Assembly: GCA_964503465.1 (NCBI GenBank)
Contig: CAZCYZ010000003.1
Location: 1-62,932 of the forward strand
DNA length: 62,932 nucleotides
Direction: 5' to 3'
Source: an uncultured Gammaproteobacteria bacterium
GTDB lineage: Bacteria; Patescibacteriota; Microgenomatia; UBA12405
The notes below the pieces were generated by a model that saw nothing but the letters and a program-made list of their open reading frames with translations, did no database searches and was not told where the DNA came from. The position numbers and the translations under genes are program-made. Positions 61,795 to 62,932 of this stretch are shown piece after piece. The stretch's first letter is position 1. Each line of letters begins with the position of its first letter.

Positions 61795-62932
61795 TTATTC
61801 GTACCTCAACGCATTCAGGGCCGACACTTGTCGTGCCCGCTTGCTTGGATACCACCCAGTCACTATCCCCACCCCAAACGACACCGCCAGAATAAACACC
61901 ACAAAAAACCATGGTATATAGCTCATATCAATCGTTCCCTGACCTTTGACCACCGATACCGAAGACAGAATTATTGTTAATATTTTCCCCGCTACAAACC
62001 CCAACACTATCCCTCCCACTCCTCCACCCAAACCCATAATCATTGATTCTGCCAAAAATAATTCTCTTACTTCATCACTCAACATTCCCATTGCCTTCAT
62101 TACTCCTACCTCCCGTGTCCGCTCCAGAAGTGATACCGTCATCGTATTAAACATACCCAAACTCGCCACCGCCAAAGCAATCGTCCCCAAAAAGCCCAAC
62201 AGCATTCGTAGATTAGCAAAAATCTTTTCAATTTGAGCCACTGTATCAGCCGTACTACTAGTTCGCAATCCCAAAGTTTCAATCTGCTTTCGCACTTCCG
62301 GCAATACTGCCTCATTTTCGGTTAACACCTTGATTTGTGAATAGCTATTAATTCCCAAACCCTTGGCATCGGCCAAATTAAAATAATAATAACTTCCCCC
62401 ATCATCATCAATCACCCCTTTTACCTGATATTCACTCTCCTTCGACTGCATCCTCCCCGTCATTTTGGGAATCATTCCATCGCCAATTACATAAGCCACT
62501 GCAAACATTTTCTTAATTGCCTCATCCTTGGTTAGTCCCAACAACTTCAACATCCCGCTGCTAATATATGCCTCCCCCATTGGCAAACCATCGGCATAAG
62601 CTACTTCTTTTATCTTTTCGTTCTCGGCTTCTACTTTTTTCAGTTCCACCCACTCCACCCCAGCCGAGTCTGTCGCCACCACGATTTCCGATATCAATTT
62701 TGCCGACGACGTTGATTCCCCCAACACATTTGCGTCCAGTTTATCCAGCTCACCTTGCCACATCGTCAAATTCTCCTCCATCATACATCCCTCCACCCAC
62801 TTTTGCTTCCCTCCCCAAGTCAAATCCGGCACCGCCACTCCATCCTCCCCGATCACCCACACCGGCACGTTAGCCCGTATCCATCGAGAGTATTTTTTGT
62901 CAAGGTAAATATCCTGCCCCTGCCCGCCCCCC
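61795..62932 (-). CDS. ABC transporter permease, FtsX/MacB-like (N-terminus beyond the right window edge)
   Basis: C-terminal FtsX-type TM bundle (LGFLGTIALAVASLGMFNT...ERTREVGVMKAMGM...). The frame stays open upstream of the listed GTG at 62868 to the window end (...GGQGQDIYLDKKYSRWIRAN). Confidence 0.8.
   Translation of the reverse strand, partial: GGGQGQDIYLDKKYSRWIRANVPVWVIGEDGVAVPDLTWGGKQKWVEGCMMEENLTMWQGELDKLDANVLGESTSSAKLISEIVVATDSAGVEWVELKKVEAENEKIKEVAYADGLPMGEAYISSGMLKLLGLTKDEAIKKMFAVAYVIGDGMIPKMTGRMQSKESEYQVKGVIDDDGGSYYYFNLADAKGLGINSYSQIKVLTENEAVLPEVRKQIETLGLRTSSTADTVAQIEKIFANLRMLLGFLGTIALAVASLGMFNTMTVSLLERTREVGVMKAMGMLSDEVRELFLAESMIMGLGGGVGGIVLGFVAGKILTIILSSVSVVKGQGTIDMSYIPWFFVVFILAVSFGVGIVTGWYPSKRARQVSALNALRYE

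Noticed and set aside
1-62932. Alternative genetic code (UGA recoding, as in some CPR lineages).
   Set aside because: Long conserved proteins (LeuRS 809 aa, NrdJ 858 aa, GlyA, MurB) are uninterrupted under the standard code, and TGA is used as a stop (for example rplJ).
1-62932. GC-rich sequence at both window ends, considered as evidence of a circular contig with terminal overlap.
   Set aside because: The two ends share no alignable overlap beyond a short C-run. The right end is the G-rich (Gly-rich) coding sequence of a minus-strand permease gene that continues beyond the window.

Overview
A 62.9-kb low-GC bacterial chromosomal segment. Its gene content looks like a Candidate Phyla Radiation/Patescibacteria genome, possibly Microgenomates-like; this placement is inference from gene content only. 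Standard genetic code: long housekeeping ORFs are intact. Recognisable core genes are glyA, thyX, a PduO-type adenosyltransferase, nrdJ, nrdR, secE, nusG, rplK, rplA, ddl, murF-like, rplJ, rplL, ruvB, ruvA, ruvC, murB, a TagA-like GT26, mreB, leuS and two tRNAs (Pro-CGG, Arg-CCT). There are also three GT-C membrane glycosyltransferase-like genes and a RelE/Phd toxin-antitoxin pair. Items worth a second look: (1) A four-gene operon (20.9-28.4 kb) of secreted putative carbohydrate-active proteins. Each ends in a dockerin module and three share a near-identical one, with no cohesin in the window. It lies in a 13-kb block that splits the conserved rplKA / rplJL cluster. (2) A minus-strand gene block (36.0-43.3 kb) built around a VirD4/TrwB-like coupling ATPase, with small membrane proteins and an orphan winged-helix regulator but no relaxase, VirB4 or integrase. 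(3) Two families of short palindromic repeats. One is inserted in frame into nrdJ and a GT-C gene and supplies the stop codon of rplJ. The other sits in the 5' UTRs of rplJ and leuS. An IS200/RAYT-type Y1 transposase gene is also present. (4) Two copies of a ~90-100-nt nested hairpin with a compensatory base-pair change, upstream of murB and of a TrmB-like regulator. (5) Two paralogous small 4-Cys ORFs bracketing rplA. (6) A very strong C>G bias on the plus strand, independent of gene orientation, that is absent from the GC-rich first ~530 nt. No rRNA, CRISPR array or integrase was seen. Coordinates of non-ORF features were counted by hand and may be off by 1-2 nt.
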